Shown one piece after another: positions 1 through 13,610 of a stretch of 64,000 nt of DNA (within the stretch, counting starts at the first letter, position 1; each line of letters starts with the position of its first letter). The notes under the pieces are model-generated. The model was not told where the DNA came from. It ran no database searches and was given only the letters and a program-made list of their open reading frames with translations. A program made the translations under genes and the position numbers. This stretch comes from Mobula hypostoma (Eukaryota). The stretch spans positions 138,882,001 to 138,946,000 of the forward strand of contig NC_086097.1 in the NCBI RefSeq assembly GCF_963921235.1, written 5' to 3'.

Positions 1-137
1 GACTTATTTCATAATTTACTGGCATAATTTACATACTACTATTTAACTATTTATGGTTCTATTATTATTTATGGAGCAACTGTAATGAAAACCAATTTCC
101 CCCGGGATTAATAAAGTATGACTATGACTATGACTAT
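1..137 (+). mobile_element. 3' end of a LINE (Rex/L2-like) with polyA signal and (ATGACT)n tail
   Basis: AATAAA followed by GT-ATGACT-ATGACT-ATGACTAT, a typical short-repeat LINE tail. Confidence 0.55.
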
Positions 138-138
138 T

Positions 139-305
139 TCCTTAGGTCTATCCACAATGATTCAACACCTTCCTACCCCATGTCACCTCTTTCTAATGAT
201 TTGATTTCATTTTTTGCCAACAGAGCAACACCTGTCCTTAAGTTACAATGCGTACCCTTGACATTAAGCTCCCAGCTACGATCTTCTTTCAGCCATGATT
301 CAGTG
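139..305 (-). mobile_element. CR1 LINE endonuclease fragment
   Basis: Similar to 24350-24545 in this window; minus strand reads ..ESWLKEDRSWELNVKGY.. Confidence 0.7.
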
Positions 306-306
306 C

Positions 307-3300
307 AGGTGGAGATGGGAATAAAGGGAGGGAGGTGGGGATTGGAGTAAAGGGAGGGAGGTGGGGAATGGAATAAAGGGAGGGAGGTGGGGAGTGGAGT
401 AAAGGGAGGGAGGTGAGGATTGGAATAAAGGGAGGGAGGTGGGGAATGGAATAAAGGGAGGGAGGTGTGGAATGGAATAAAGGGAGGGAGGTGTGGATTG
501 GAATAAAGGGAGGGAGGTGGGGATGGGAATAAAGGGAGGGAGGTGTGGAATGGAATAAAGGGAGGGAGGTGTGGAATGGAATAAAGGGAGGGAGGTGTGG
601 AATGGAATAAAGGGAGGGAGGTGTGGAATGGGAATAAAGGGAGGGAGGTGTGGATTGGAATAAAGGGAGGGAGGTGGGGAATGGAATAAAGGGAGGGAGG
701 TGGGGAATGGAATAAAGGGAGGGAGGTGGGGAATGGAATAAAGGGAGGGAGGTGGGGAATGGAATAAAGGGAGGGAGGTGGGGAATGGAATAAAGGGAGG
801 GAGGTGGGGAATGGAATAAAGGGAGGGAGGTGGGGAATGGAATAAAGGGAGGTAGGTGGGGAATGGAATAAAGGGAGGGAGGTGGGGAATGGAATAAAGG
901 GAGGGAGGTGGGTGGGAATAAAGGGAGGGAGGTGTGGAATGGAATAAAGGGAGGGAGGTGGGGAATGGAATAAAGGGAGGGAGGTGGGGAATGGAATAAA
1001 GGGAGGGAGGTGGGGAATGGAATAAAGGGAGGGAGGTGGGGAATGGAATAAAGGGAGGGAGGTGTGGAATGGAATAAAGGGAGGGAGGTGTGGAATGGAA
1101 TAAAGGGAGGGAGGTGTGGAATGGAATAAAGGGAGGGAGGTGTGGAATGGAATAAAGGGAGGGAGGTGTGGAATGGAATAAAGGGAGGGAGGTGTGGAAT
1201 GGAATAAAGGGAGGGAGGTGTGGAATGGAATAAAGGGAGGGAGGTGTGGAATGGAATAAAGGGAGGGAGGTGTGGAATGGAATAAAGGGAGGGAGGTGGG
1301 GAATGGAATAAAGGGAGGGAGGTGGGGAATGGAATAAAGGGAGGGAGGTGGGGAATGGAATAAAGGGAGGGAGGTGGGGAATGGAATAAAGGGAGGGAGG
1401 TGGGGAATGGAATAAAGGGAGGGAGGTGGGGAATGGAATAAAGGGAGGGAGGTGGAGATGGGAATAAAGGGAGGGAGGTGTGGAATGGGAATAAAGGGAG
1501 GGAGGTGGGGATTGGAATAAAGGGAGGGAGGTGGGGAATGGAATAAAGGGAGGGAGGTGGGGAATGGAATAAAGGGAGGGAGGTGGGGAATGGAATAAAG
1601 GGAGGGAGGTGGGGAATGGAATAAAGGGAGGGAGGTGGGGAATGGAATAAAGGGAGGGAGGTGTGGAATGGAATAAAGGGAGGGAGGTGTGGAATGGAAT
1701 AAAGGGAGGGAGGTGGGGAATGGAATAAAGGGAGGGAGGTGGGGAATGGAATAAAGGGAGGGAGGTGGGGAATGGAATAAAGGGAGGGAGGTGTGGAATG
1801 GAATAAAGGGAGGGAGGTGTGGAATGGAATAAAGGGAGGGAGGTGTGGAATGGAATAAAGGGAGGGAGGTGTGGAATGGAATAAAGGGAGGGAGGTGGGG
1901 AATGGAATAAAGGGAGGGAGGTGGGGAATGGAATAAAGGGAGGGAGGTGTGGAATGGAATAAAGGGAGGGAGGTGGGGAATGGAATAAAGGGAGGGAGGT
2001 GGGGAATGGAATAAAGGGAGGGAGGTGTGGAATGGAATAAAGGGAGGGAGGTGTGGAATGGAATAAAGGGAGGGAGGTGTGGAATGGAATAAAGGGAGGG
2101 AGGTGGGGAATGGAATAAAGGGAGGGAGGTGGGGAATGGAATAAAGGGAGGGAGGTGGAGATGGGAATAAAGGGAGGGAGGTGTGGAATGGAATAAAGGG
2201 AGGGAGGTGGGGAATGGAATAAAGGGAGGGAGGTGTGGAATGGAATAAAGGGAGGGAGGTGGGGAATGGAATAAAGGGAGGGAGGTGGGGAATGGAATAA
2301 AGGGAGGGAGGTGGAGAATGGAATAAAGGGAGGGAGGTGGGGAATGGAATAAAGGGAGGGAGGTGGAGAATGGAATAAAGGGAGGGAGGTGGGGAATGGA
2401 ATAAAGGGAGGGAGGTGGGGAATGGAATAAAGGGAGGGAGGTGGGGAATGGAATAAAGGGAGGGAGGTGGGGAATGGAATAAAGGGAGGGAGGTAAAGGG
2501 AGGGATGGGGAATGGAATAAAGGGAGGGAGGGAATGGAATAAAGGGAGGGAGGTGGAGAATGGAATAAAGGGAGGGAGGTGGTGAATGGAATAAAGGGAG
2601 GGAGGTGGGGAATGGAATAAAGGGAGGGAGGTGTGGAATGGAATAAAGGGAGGGAGGTGTGGAATGGAATAAAGGGAGGGAGGTGGGGAATGGAATAAAG
2701 GGAGGGAGGTGTGGAATGGAATAAAGGGAGGGAGGTGGGGAATGGAATAAAGGGAGGGAGGTGTGGAATGGAATAAAGGGAGGGAGGTGGGGAATGGAAT
2801 AAAGGGAGGGAGGTGTGGAATGGAATAAAGGGAGGGAGGTGGGGAATGGAATAAAGGGAGGGAGGTGGGGAATGGAATAAAGGGAGGGAGGTGGGGAATG
2901 GAATAAAGGGAGGGAGGTGGGGAATGGAATAAAGGGAGGGAGGTGGGGAATGGAATAAAGGGAGGGAGGTGTGGAATGGAATAAAGGGAGGGAGGTGGGG
3001 AATGGAATAAAGGGAGGGAGGTGGGGAATGGAATAAAGGGAGGGAGGTGTGGAATGGAATAAAGGGAGGGAGGTGGGGAATGGAATAAAGGGAGGGAGGT
3101 GGAGAATGGAATAAAGGGAGGGAGGTGTGGAATGGAATAAAGGGAGGGAGGTGGGGATGGGAATAAAGGGAGGGAGGTGTGGAATGGAATAAAGGGAGGG
3201 AGGTGTGGAATGGAATAAAGGGAGGGAGGTGGGGATGGGAATAAAGGGAGGGAGGTGTGGAATGGAATAAAGGGAGGGAGGTGTGGAATGGAATAAAGGG

Positions 3301-6300
3301 AGGGAGGTGGGGATGGGAATAAAGGGAGGGAGGTGTGGAATGGAATAAAGGGAGGGAGGTGGGGAATGGAATAAAGGGAGGGAGGTGGAGAATGGAATAA
3401 AGGGAGGGAGGTGGGGAATGGAATAAAGGGAGGGAGGTGGGGAATGGAATAAAGGGAGGGAGGTGTGGAATGGAATAAAGGGAGGGAGGTGTGGAATGGA
3501 ATAAAGGGAGGGAGGTGGGGAATGGGAATAAAGGGAGGGAGGTGGGGAATGGAATAAAGGGAGGGAGGTGGTGATGGGAATAAAGGGAGGGAGGTGGAGA
3601 ATGGAATAAAGGGAGGGAGGTGGGGAATGGAATAAAGGGAGGGAGGTGTGGAATGGAATAAAGGGAGGGAGGTGTGGAATGGAATAAAGGGAGGGAGGTG
3701 TGGAATGGAATAAAGGGAGGGAGGTGTGGAATGGAATAAAGGGAGGGAGGTGGAGAATGGAATAAAGGGAGGGAGGTGGGGAATGGAATAAAGGGAGGGA
3801 GGTGGGGAATGGGAATAAAGGGAGGGAGGTGGGGAATGGAATAAAGGGAGGGAGGTGGAGATGGAATGGATGGGAAGGAGGGAGGGAGGTGGGGAATGGA
3901 ATAAAGGGAGGGAGGTGGGGAATGGAATAAAGGGAGGGAGGTGGGGAATGGAATAAAGGGAGGGAGGTGGGGAATGGAATAAAGGGAGGGAGGTGGGGAA
4001 TGGAATAAAGGGAGGGAGGTGGGGAATGGAATAAAGGGAGGGATGGAATAAAGGGAGGGAATGGAATAAAGGGAGGGAGGTGGGGAATGGAGATGGGAAT
4101 AAAGGGAGGGAGGTGGGGAATGGAATAAAGGGAGGGAGGTGTGGAATGGAATAAAGGGAGGGAGGTGGGGAATGGAATAAAGGGAGGGAGGTGTGGAATG
4201 GAATAAAGGGAGGGAGGTGGGGAATGGAATAAAGGGAGGGAGGTGGGGAATGGAATAAAGGGAGGGAGGTGGGGAATGGAATAAAGGGAGGGAGGTGGGG
4301 AATGGAATAAAGGGAGGGAGGTGGGGAATGGAATAAAGGGAGGGAGGTGTGGAATGGAATAAAGGGAGGGAGGTGTGGAATGGAATAAAGGGAGGGAGGT
4401 GGGGAATGGAATAAAGGGAGGGAGGTGGGGAATGGAATAAAGGGAGGGAGGTGGGGAATGGAATAAAGGGAGGGAGGTGTGTGGATGGGAATAAAGGGAG
4501 GGAGGTGGGGAATGGAATAAAGGGAGGGAGGTGGGGAATGGAATAAAGGGAGGGAGGTGTGGAATGGAATAAAGGGAGGGAGGTGTGGAATGGAATAAAG
4601 GGAGGGAGGTGGAGATGGGAATAAAGGGAGGGAGGTGTGGAATGGAATAAAGGGAGGGAGGTGGGGAATGGAATAAAGGGAGGGAGGTGTGGAATGGAAT
4701 AAAGGGAGGGAGGTGGGGAATGGAATAAAGGGAGGGAGGTGTGGAATGGAATAAAGGGAGGGAGGTGTGGAATGGAATAAAGGGAGGGAGGTGTGGAATG
4801 GAATAAAGGGAGGGAGGTGTGGAATGGAATAAAGGGAGGGAGGTGGGGAATGGAATAAAGGGAGGGAGGTGTGGAATGGAATAAAGGGAGGGAGGTGGAG
4901 AATGGAATAAAGGGAGGGAGGTGGGGAATGGAATAAAGGGAGGGAGGTGTGGAATGGAATAAAGGGAGGGAGGTGGGGAATGGAATAAAGGGAGGGAGGT
5001 GTGGAATGGAATAAAGGGAGGGAGGTGGGGAATGGAATAAAGGGAGGGAGGTGTGGAATGGAATAAAGGGAGGGAGGTGTGGAATGGAATAAAGGGAGGG
5101 AGGTGGGGAATGGAATAAAGGGAGGGAGGTGGGGGGGATGGGAATAAAGGGAGGGAGGTGGGGAATGGAATAAAGGGAGGGAGGTGGGGAATGGAATAAA
5201 GGGAGGGAGGTGGAGAATGGAATAAAGGGAGGGAGGTGGGGAATGGAATAAAGGGAGGGAGGTGGGGAATGGAATAAAGGGAGGGAGGTGGGGAATGGAA
5301 TAAAGGGAGGGAGGTGGGGAATGGAATAAAGGGAGGGAGGTGGGGAATGGAATAAAGGGAGGGAGGTGTGGAATGGAATAAAGGGAGGGAGGTGGGGAAT
5401 GGAATAAAGGGAGGGAGGTGTGGAATGGAATAAAGGGAGGGAGGTGTGGAATGGAATAAAGGGAGGGAGGTGGGGAATGGAATAAAGGGAGGGAGGTGTG
5501 GAATGGAATAAAGGGAGGGAGGTGGGGAATGGAATAAAGGGAGGGAGGTGTGGAATGGAATAAAGGGAGGGAGGTGTGGAATGGAATAAAGGGAGGGAGG
5601 TGTGGAATGGAATAAAGGGAGGGAGGTGTGGAATGGAATAAAGGGAGGGAGGTGGGGAATGGAATAAAGGGAGGGAGGTGGGGAATGGAATAAAGGGAGG
5701 GAGGTGGGGAATGGAATAAAGGGAGGGAGGTGTGGAATGGAATAAAGGGAGGGAGGTGGGGAATGGAATAAAGGGAGGGAGGTGGAGAATGGAATAAAGG
5801 GAGGGAGGTGGAGATGGGAATAAAGGGAGGGAGGTGTGGAATGGAATAAAGGGAGGGAGGTGTGGAATGGAATAAAGGGAGGGAGGTGGAGAATGGAATA
5901 AAGGGAGGGAGGTGTGGAATGGAATAAAGGGAGGGAGGTGTGGAATGGAATAAAGGGAGGGAGGTGGAGAATGGAATAAAGGGAGGGAGGTGGAGATGGG
6001 AATAAAGGGAGGGAGGTGTGGAATGGAATAAAGGGAGGGAGGTGTGGAATGGAATAAAGGGAGGGAGGTGTGGAATGGAATAAAGGGAGGGAGGTGGAGA
6101 ATGGAATAAAGGGAGGGAGGTGGGGAATGGGAATAAAGGGAGGGAGGTGGGGAATGGAATAAAGGGAGGGAGGTGGGGAATGGAATAAAGGGAGGGAGGT
6201 GGGGAATGGAATAAAGGGAGGGAGGTGGGGAATGGAATAAAGGGAGGGAGGTGTGGAATGGAATAAAGGGAGGGAGGTGTGGAATGGAATAAAGGGAGGG

Positions 6301-9300
6301 AGGTGTGGAATGGAATAAAGGGAGGGAGGTGGAGAATGGAATAAAGGGAGGGAGGTGTGGAATGGAATAAAGGGAGGGAGGTGTGGAATGGAATAAAGGG
6401 AGGGAGGTGTGGAATGGAATAAAGGGAGGGAGGTGGAGAATGGAATAAAGGGAGGGAGGTGGAGATGGGAATAAAGGGAGGGAGGTGTGGAATGGAATAA
6501 AGGGAGGGAGGTGTGGAATGGAATAAAGGGAGGGAGGTGTGGAATGGAATAAAGGGAGGGAGGTGGAGAATGGAATAAAGGGAGGGAGGTGGAGAATGGG
6601 AATAAAGGGAGGGAGGTGTGGAATGGAATAAAGGGAGGGAGGTGGGGAATGGAATAAAGGGAGGGAGGTGTGGAATGGAATAAAGGGAGGGAGGTGTGGA
6701 ATGGAATAAAGGGAGGGAGGTGGTGGAATGGAATAAAGGGAGGGAGGTGGGGAATGGAATAAAGGGAGGGAGGTGTGGAATGGAATAAAGGGAGGGAGGT
6801 GGGGAATGGAATAAAGGGAGGGAGGTGTGGAATGGAATAAAGGGAGGGAGGTGTGGAATGGAATAAAGGGAGGGAGGTGTGGAATGGAATAAAGGGAGGG
6901 AGGTGTGGAATGGAATAAAGGGAGGGAGGTGTGGAATGGAATAAAGGGAGGGAGGTGTGGAATGGAATAAAGGGAGGGAGGTGGAGAATGGAATAAAGGG
7001 AGGGAGGTGGGGAATGGAATAAAGGGAGGGAGGTGTGGAATGGAATAAAGGGAGGGAGGTGGGGAATGGAATAAAGGGAGGGAGGTGGGGAATGGAATAA
7101 AGGGAGGGAGGTGTGGAATGGAATAAAGGGAGGGAGGTGTGGAATGGAATAAAGGGAGGGAGGTGGGGAATGGAATAAAGGGAGGGAGGTGTGGAATGGA
7201 ATAAAGGGAGGGAGGTGGGGAATGGAATAAAGGGAGGGAGGTGGGGAATGGAATAAAGGGAGGGAGGTGTGGAATGGAATAAAGGGAGGGAGGTGTGGAA
7301 TGGAATAAAGGGAGGGAGGTGGGGAATGGAATAAAGGGAGGGAGGTGTGGAGATGGGATGGAATAAAGGGAGGGAGGTGGGAATGGAATAAAGGGAGGGA
7401 GGTGGAATAAAGGGAATGGAATAAAGGGAGGGAGGTGGGAATGGAATGGAATAAAGGGAGGGAGGAATGGAATAAAGGGAGGGAGGTGGGATGGAATAAA
7501 GGGAGGGAGGTGGGGAATGGAATAAAGGGAGGGAGGGATGGAATAAAGGGAGGGAGGTGTGGAATGGAATAAAGGGAGGGAGGTGGGGAATGGAATAAAG
7601 GGAGGGAGGTGTGGAATGGAATAAAGGGAGGGAGGTGGGGAATGGAATAAAGGGAGGGAGGTGTGGAATGGAATAAAGGGAGGGAGGTGTGGAATGGAAT
7701 AAAGGGAGGGAGGTGTGGAATGGAATAAAGGGAGGGAGGTGGGGAATGGAATAAAGGGAGGGAGGTGTGGAATGGAATAAAGGGAGGGAGGTGGGGAATG
7801 GAATAAAGGGAGGGAGGTGTGGAATGGAATAAAGGGAGGGAGGTGGAGAATGGAATAAAGGGAGGGAGGTGTGGAATGGAATAAAGGGAGGGAGGTGTGG
7901 AATGGAATAAAGGGAGGGAGGTGTGGAATGGAATAAAGGGAGGGAGGTGTGGAATGGAATAAAGGGAGGGAGGTGGNNNNNNNNNNNNNNNNNNNNNNNN
8001 NNNNNNNNNNNNNNNNNNNNNNNNNNNNNNNNNNNNNNNNNNNNNNNNNNNNNNNNNNNNNNNNNNNNNNNNNNNNNNNNNNNNNNNNNNNNNNNNNNNN
8101 NNNNNNNNNNNNNNNNNNNNNNNNNNNNNNNNNNNNNNNNNNNNNNNNNNNNNNNNNNNNNNNNNNNNNNNNNNNNGAGGGAGGTGGGGAATGGAATAAA
8201 GGGAGGGAGGTGTGGAATGGAATAAAGGGAGGGAGGTGTGGAATGGAATAAAGGGAGGGAGGTGTGGAGATGGGAATAAAGGGAGGGAGGTGGGGAATGG
8301 AATAAAGGGAGGGAGGTGGGGAATGGAATAAAGGGAGGGAGGTGGGGATGGGAATAAAGGGAGGGAGGTGGGGAATGGAATAAAGGGAGGGAGGTGGGGA
8401 TGGGAATAAAGGGAGGGAGGTGGGGAATGGAATAAAGGGAGGGAGGTGGGGATGGGAATAAAGGGAGGGAGGTGTGGAATGGAATAAAGGGAGGGAGGTG
8501 TGGAATGGAATAAAGGGAGGGAGGTGGGGAATGGAATAAAGGGAGGGAGGTGTGGAATGGAATAAAGGGAGGGAGGTGTGGAATGGAATAAAGGGAGGGA
8601 GGTGTGGAGATGCGAATAAAGGGAGGGAGGTGTGGAATGGAATAAAGGGAGGGAGGTGTGGAATGGAATAAAGGGAGGGAGGTGTGGAGATGGTAATAAA
8701 GGGAGGGAGGTGTGGAATGGAATAAAGGGAGGGAGGTGGGGAATGGAATAAAGGGAGGGAGGTGTGGAATGGAATAAAGGGAGGGAGGTGGGGAATGGAA
8801 TAAAGGGAGGGAGGTGGGGAATGGAATAAAGGGAGGGAGGTGTGGAATGGAATAAAGGGAGGGAGGTGGGGAATGGAATAAAGGGAGGGAGGTGTGGAAT
8901 GGAATAAAGGGAGGGAGGTGTGGAATGGAATAAAGGGAGGGAGGTGTGGAATGGAATAAAGGGAGGGAGGTGGGGAATGGAATAAAGGGAGGGAGGTGTG
9001 GAATGGAATAAAGGGAGGGAGGTGTGGAATGGAATAAAGGGAGGGAGGTGTGGAATGGAATAAAGGGAGGGAGGTGGGGAATGGAATAAAGGGAGGGAGG
9101 TGTGGAATGGAATAAAGGGAGGGAGGTGTGGAATGGAATAAAGGGAGGGAGGTGGGGAATGGAATAAAGGGAGGGAGGTGGGGAATGGAATAAAGGGAGG
9201 GAGGTGTGGAATGGAATAAAGGGAGGGAGGTGTGGAATGGAATAAAGGGAGGGAGGTGGGGAATGGAATAAAGGGAGGGAGGTGTGGAATGGAATAAAGG

Positions 9301-10840
9301 GAGGGAGGTGGGGAATGGAATAAAGGGAGGGAGGTGTGGAATGGAATAAAGGGAGGGAGGTGTGGAATGGAATAAAGGGAGGGAGGTGTGGATGGAATAA
9401 AGGGAGGGAGGTGGGGAATGGAATAAAGGGAGGGAGAATGTGTGGAATGGAATAAAGGGAGGGAGGTGTGGAATGGAATAAAGGGAGGGAGGTGTGGATT
9501 GGAATAAAGGGAGGGAGGTGGAGAATGGAATAAAGGGAGGGAGGTGTGGAATGGAATAAAGGGAGGGAGGTGTGGAATGGAATAAAGGGAGGGAGGTGGG
9601 AATGGAATAAAGGGAGGGAGGTGGGGAATGGAATAAAGGGAGGGAGGTGGGGAATGGAATAAAGGGAGGGAGGTGGGGAATGGAATAAAGGGAGGGAATG
9701 GGAATAAAGGGAGGGAGGTGTGGAATGGAATAAAGGGAGGGAGGTGTGGATTGGAATAAAGGGAGGGAGGTGGAGATTGGAATAAAGGGAGGGAGGTGTG
9801 GAATGGAATAAAGGGAGGGAGGTGTGGAATGGGAATAAAGGGAGGGAGGTGTGGAATGGAATAAAGGGAGGGAGGTGTGGAATGGAATAAAGGGAGGGAG
9901 GTGGAGAATGGGAATAAAGGGAGGGAGGTGTGGAATGGAATAAAGGGAGGGAGGTGGGGAATGGAATAAAGGGAGGGAGGTGGGGAATGGAATAAAGGGA
10001 GGGAGGTGTGGAATGGAATAAAGGGAGGGAGGTGTGGAATGGAATAAAGGGAGGGAGGTGTGGAATGGAATAAAGGGAGGGAGGTGTGGGATGGGAATAA
10101 AGGGAGGGAGGTGGAGATGGGAATAAAGGGAGGGAGGTGGGGAATGGAATAAAGGGAGGGAGGTGTGGAATGGAATAAAGGGAGGGAGGTGTGGATTGGA
10201 ATAAAGGGAGGGAGGTGTGGAATGGAATAAAGGGAGGGAGGTGGGGAATGGAATAAAGGGAGGGAGGTGGAGATGGGAATAAAGGGAGGGAGGTGGGGAA
10301 TGGAATAAAGGGAGGGAGGTGTGGAATGGAATAAAGGGAGGGAGGTGGGGAATGGAATAAAGGGAGGGAGGTGGGGATTGGAATAAAGGGAGGGACGTGT
10401 GGAATGGAATAAAGGGAGGGAGGTGTGGAATGGAATAAAGGGAGGGAGGTGGGGAATGGAATAAAGGGAGGGAGGTGGGGAATGGAATAAAGGGAGGGAG
10501 GTGTGGAATGGAATAAAGGGAGGGAGGTGTGGAATGGAATAAAGGGAGGGAGGTGGCGATTAGAATAAAAGGAGGGAGGTGGGGAATGGAATAAAGGGAG
10601 GGAGGTGTGGAATGGAATAAAAGGAGGGAGGTGTGGAATGGAATAAAGGGAGGGAGGTGGGGAATGGAATAAAGGGAGGGAGGTGGGGAATGGAATAAAG
10701 GGAGGGACGTGTGGAATGGAATAAAGGGAGGGAGGTGTGGATTGGAATAAAGGGAGGGACGTGTGGAATGGAATAAAGGGAGGGAGGTGTGGAATGGAAT
10801 AAAGGGAGGGAGGTGGGGATTAGAATAAAGAAAGGGAGGT
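307..10840. repeat. 26-bp minisatellite, consensus GGAATAAAGGGAGGGAGGTG(G/T)GGAAT, roughly 400 sequenced units
   Basis: Directly visible tandem array; variants TGGGG/TGTGG/TGGAG; interrupted by an N gap. Confidence 0.99.
7977..8176. other. Assembly gap (200 N)
   Basis: Run of N within the minisatellite. Confidence 0.99.
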
Positions 10841-10949
10841 GAAGATTGGAACCAGTGTGAAGGGTGTGTGGGTGATGGGGAAATGGAGAGGATGAGGGAG
10901 GGGAAAGAGATAGGATGAAGACGTCCAAGTGCCTCAGGAGATTCCCACT

Positions 10950-11535
10950 TTCACACCCCTCAACCTGATCAAGCTATCACCTGCTGCCTTGTTTCAACCC
11001 CTCCCTCCACCTTTTTATATTGGCCATCTCCCCTTTATCTCTCCAGCCCAGGGGAAGGGTCTTGGTCCAAAACATCGACCGTCTCCATTTTCTTCTGCAA
11101 ATGTTGTCTGACCTGCTGAGTCCGTCCAGTGCCTTTGTGTGTTGTTGGTGCTGCTGGACTTCTGTAACAAAAACAGAAAAATGCTGTGCAACGCACACAA
11201 AATGCTGAGGGAACGCAACAAATCAGGCAGCATCTATGGGGACGAATAAAGAGTCAATTTGATACTCTTCATCAGAACGTGAAAGAAAGGAGGAAGAAGC
11301 CAGAACAAGAGGGTGGGTGGGTGGGGGGGGTTGATGGGAAAGAGTACAAGCTGACCCATGAAACAAGGTGAGGGGAAGGTAGATGGGTGGGTGTGGGGTA
11401 GATGAAGTGAGAAGCTGAGAGGTGACAGGTGGAAAAGGCAAATGTTTGAAGAAGGAGACATCTGGAGAGGTGAGAGGACCATGAGAAGAGGAAAAGAGGA
11501 GGGACAGCAGACGGATGTGATAGGCAGGTGAGAGA
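10950..11535. mobile_element. Two Penelope-like terminal fragments, tail-to-tail (+ ~10950-11150, - ~11188-11535)
   Basis: Both resemble the terminal motif ..GAAGGGTCT..GATGCTGCCTGACCTGCTGAG..GCATTTTGTGTG linked to GIY-YIG sequence elsewhere in the window. Confidence 0.7.
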
Positions 11536-12329
11536 AGGGACAAGACGGTAACAGAAAATGCTGGCAGCATCTGTGGCAAGAGCAACGGTCACCATTTTGC
11601 ATCTGTGTCCCTTGGTGATGCTCGGTTCTCTGAGTGAGGTACCTCAGGTGAGATAGGCAGGTATGGAGGTGAGGAGGAGTTGGGAGGCCTCATGTGAATG
11701 GACACACTGGATCCAGAGCCTTGTCCTTGTGCCCTGTCATGTTCCTGGCATGTCCCGCACTCACTTTGCCAGCAGCTCAGTCACTGCAGTGTGGGCAAGT
11801 GACACCCCTGCAGGTGGTGTCCAGAAGGGACGTGAGGAAAGAAACAATTCTAGAGGTGAAGAAAATGGAGAGAGGCTTCCCCCTTGCAGTGTAGATTGAA
11901 CAAGAGTAGAGCGTACAGGGTAGATTTCTGACATGAGTACAAGAGTACAGGGCAGACCTGTGATCTTCCTGAGGTGAAGGAGGAATGGGAGCCTACGGTC
12001 CTGAGGCAGCACCTCACCCAGAGGGCAGCAGAGATCTGGAACTCCCTCCCCATCAGGCAGAGGATTAATCGGAGTTACCCAGTGGGAAAAATGGCCTTGG
12101 ACATTGCTGGTGATTACTGATGTCGCTCTTAGCTTCTTATGCGAGTGTGTAGTAGGGGTTTACGTCTGGACACCTGGTGAAGTGAACAGGCCTGAGAGGC
12201 TGAATAGCCTCCTCCTAGATCTCGCCAACAGGTTGGAAGAGGCCCTCGGTTGAGAACCGGCCATCAGGGCAGACCCCAACACTGGCGGCCTCCTGTTTCC
12301 TCCAGGACTCTTCTAGTCAAAGGGCCTCT

Positions 12330-12640
12330 GGACACCCAAGGCTGGGGAGTCAAAAACTAGAGGGCCCATGTTTCAGGTGAGAGGGGAAAGATTTAATCAG
12401 AACACGTGGGGCAATTTTTTCACCTGGAGGGATGTCAGTATACAGAATAGGCAGGCAGAAGAAGTAGCTGAGGCAGGTACATTAACAGCATTTAAAAGGT
12501 ACTTGAACATGATAGGAAAGGTTAAGATGGATATGGTTTAGCCAAATAATACAAGCAGATGGGACCAGCTTAGATAGGCATCTTGGTCAGAATGTGTGAG
12601 TTTTGATTCTGTATGACTCTATAACTCTGACTCTCTGACC
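12330..12640 (+). mobile_element. CR1 LINE 3' fragment
   Basis: ..KTRGPMFQVRGERF.. C-terminal motif and (ACTCTATG)-like tail. Confidence 0.7.
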
Positions 12641-13029
12641 TGACGGAGTGATTGTGTAGAGTGATCTAACTGTTCAGAGAATGCAGGACCTTGATAAAAC
12701 ACTGGGTGCACTGACTAGTGCTGTTGTTTACCAGATGTGCAATGTACTCACGTCAACCTGTTCTCTGCTCTTTAGCAGAGCATTGACATATTTCATCCCA
12801 GTTTGAAGGGGTAAAGAGAACTGGTTAGAATAGTATAGCCTCTGCACTACACGGACAATCAGGACCAGTGGGTGGGTGTCCCACAGGAGAAACCACTTGA
12901 CTCCCGCAACCTGCTGTAGTTAACTATGATCCAGTCTTGACCACATGTCCACCTTCTCCCTCTCCCTCACCCATCTCAACTCCCCTGTAATTGAAATGTC
13001 TGTCAGTCTTGAACATCTTCACTAACTTT

Positions 13030-13610
13030 GTGCACAAGAAGAGTTGGGTGTTCTCTCTAGAATATCGGGAGATGAGGGGGGTCCTGACACAGGTTTCTAC
13101 AATTATGAGCTTAAAAAACATACAGAGTCAGAATTCTTTTCCCAGGGACATGCTTTTAAGGTCAGAGGGGGAAAGTTTAAAGGCAAGTTTTTTTTTTAAT
13201 GCAGAGAATGGTAGATGCCTGGAATAGATTGCCAGGAAGAACAGTGGATGCAGCAAATTATAAACACAAAAGTGATTTTTCAGATGCTGAAAATCTAGTG
13301 CAACACACACAAAATGCTTAAGCAACTCAGGTCAGGTACCATCTATGGAGAGGAATTATCAATCAATGTTTTGGGCTGGGGTCCAGGTGAAGAGATTTGG
13401 CCTGAAATGACAATTGTTTATTCCTCTTGATAGATGCTGCCTGACCTGCTGTGTTCCTCAGCATTCTGTATCTCTTGTAGTGGAAGCAGGCAGTTTGGTG
13501 GGGTTGAAGAGGTTTTTAGATAGACACTTGAATGTAAAAGGTATAGACGGCTATGGATGGTGCACAAGAGGAGTATAAATTGGCCTGTCCAGTGCTGTAT
13601 TATTCTACCT
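13030..13610 (+). mobile_element. CR1 3' fragment interrupted by a fold-back Penelope-like mini element (~13300-13477)
   Basis: FSLEYREMRGVLTQV motif; CR1 sequence resumes at ~13478. Confidence 0.65.

Noticed and set aside
7923..8251. Two 100-aa ORFs
   Set aside because: Artefacts of reading through the N gap in the minisatellite
307..10840. CRISPR-like or telomeric array
   Set aside because: No unique spacers and no TTAGGG; plain tandem repeat
10560..10928. 122-aa Pro/Ser/Leu-rich ORF
   Set aside because: Translation of minisatellite units
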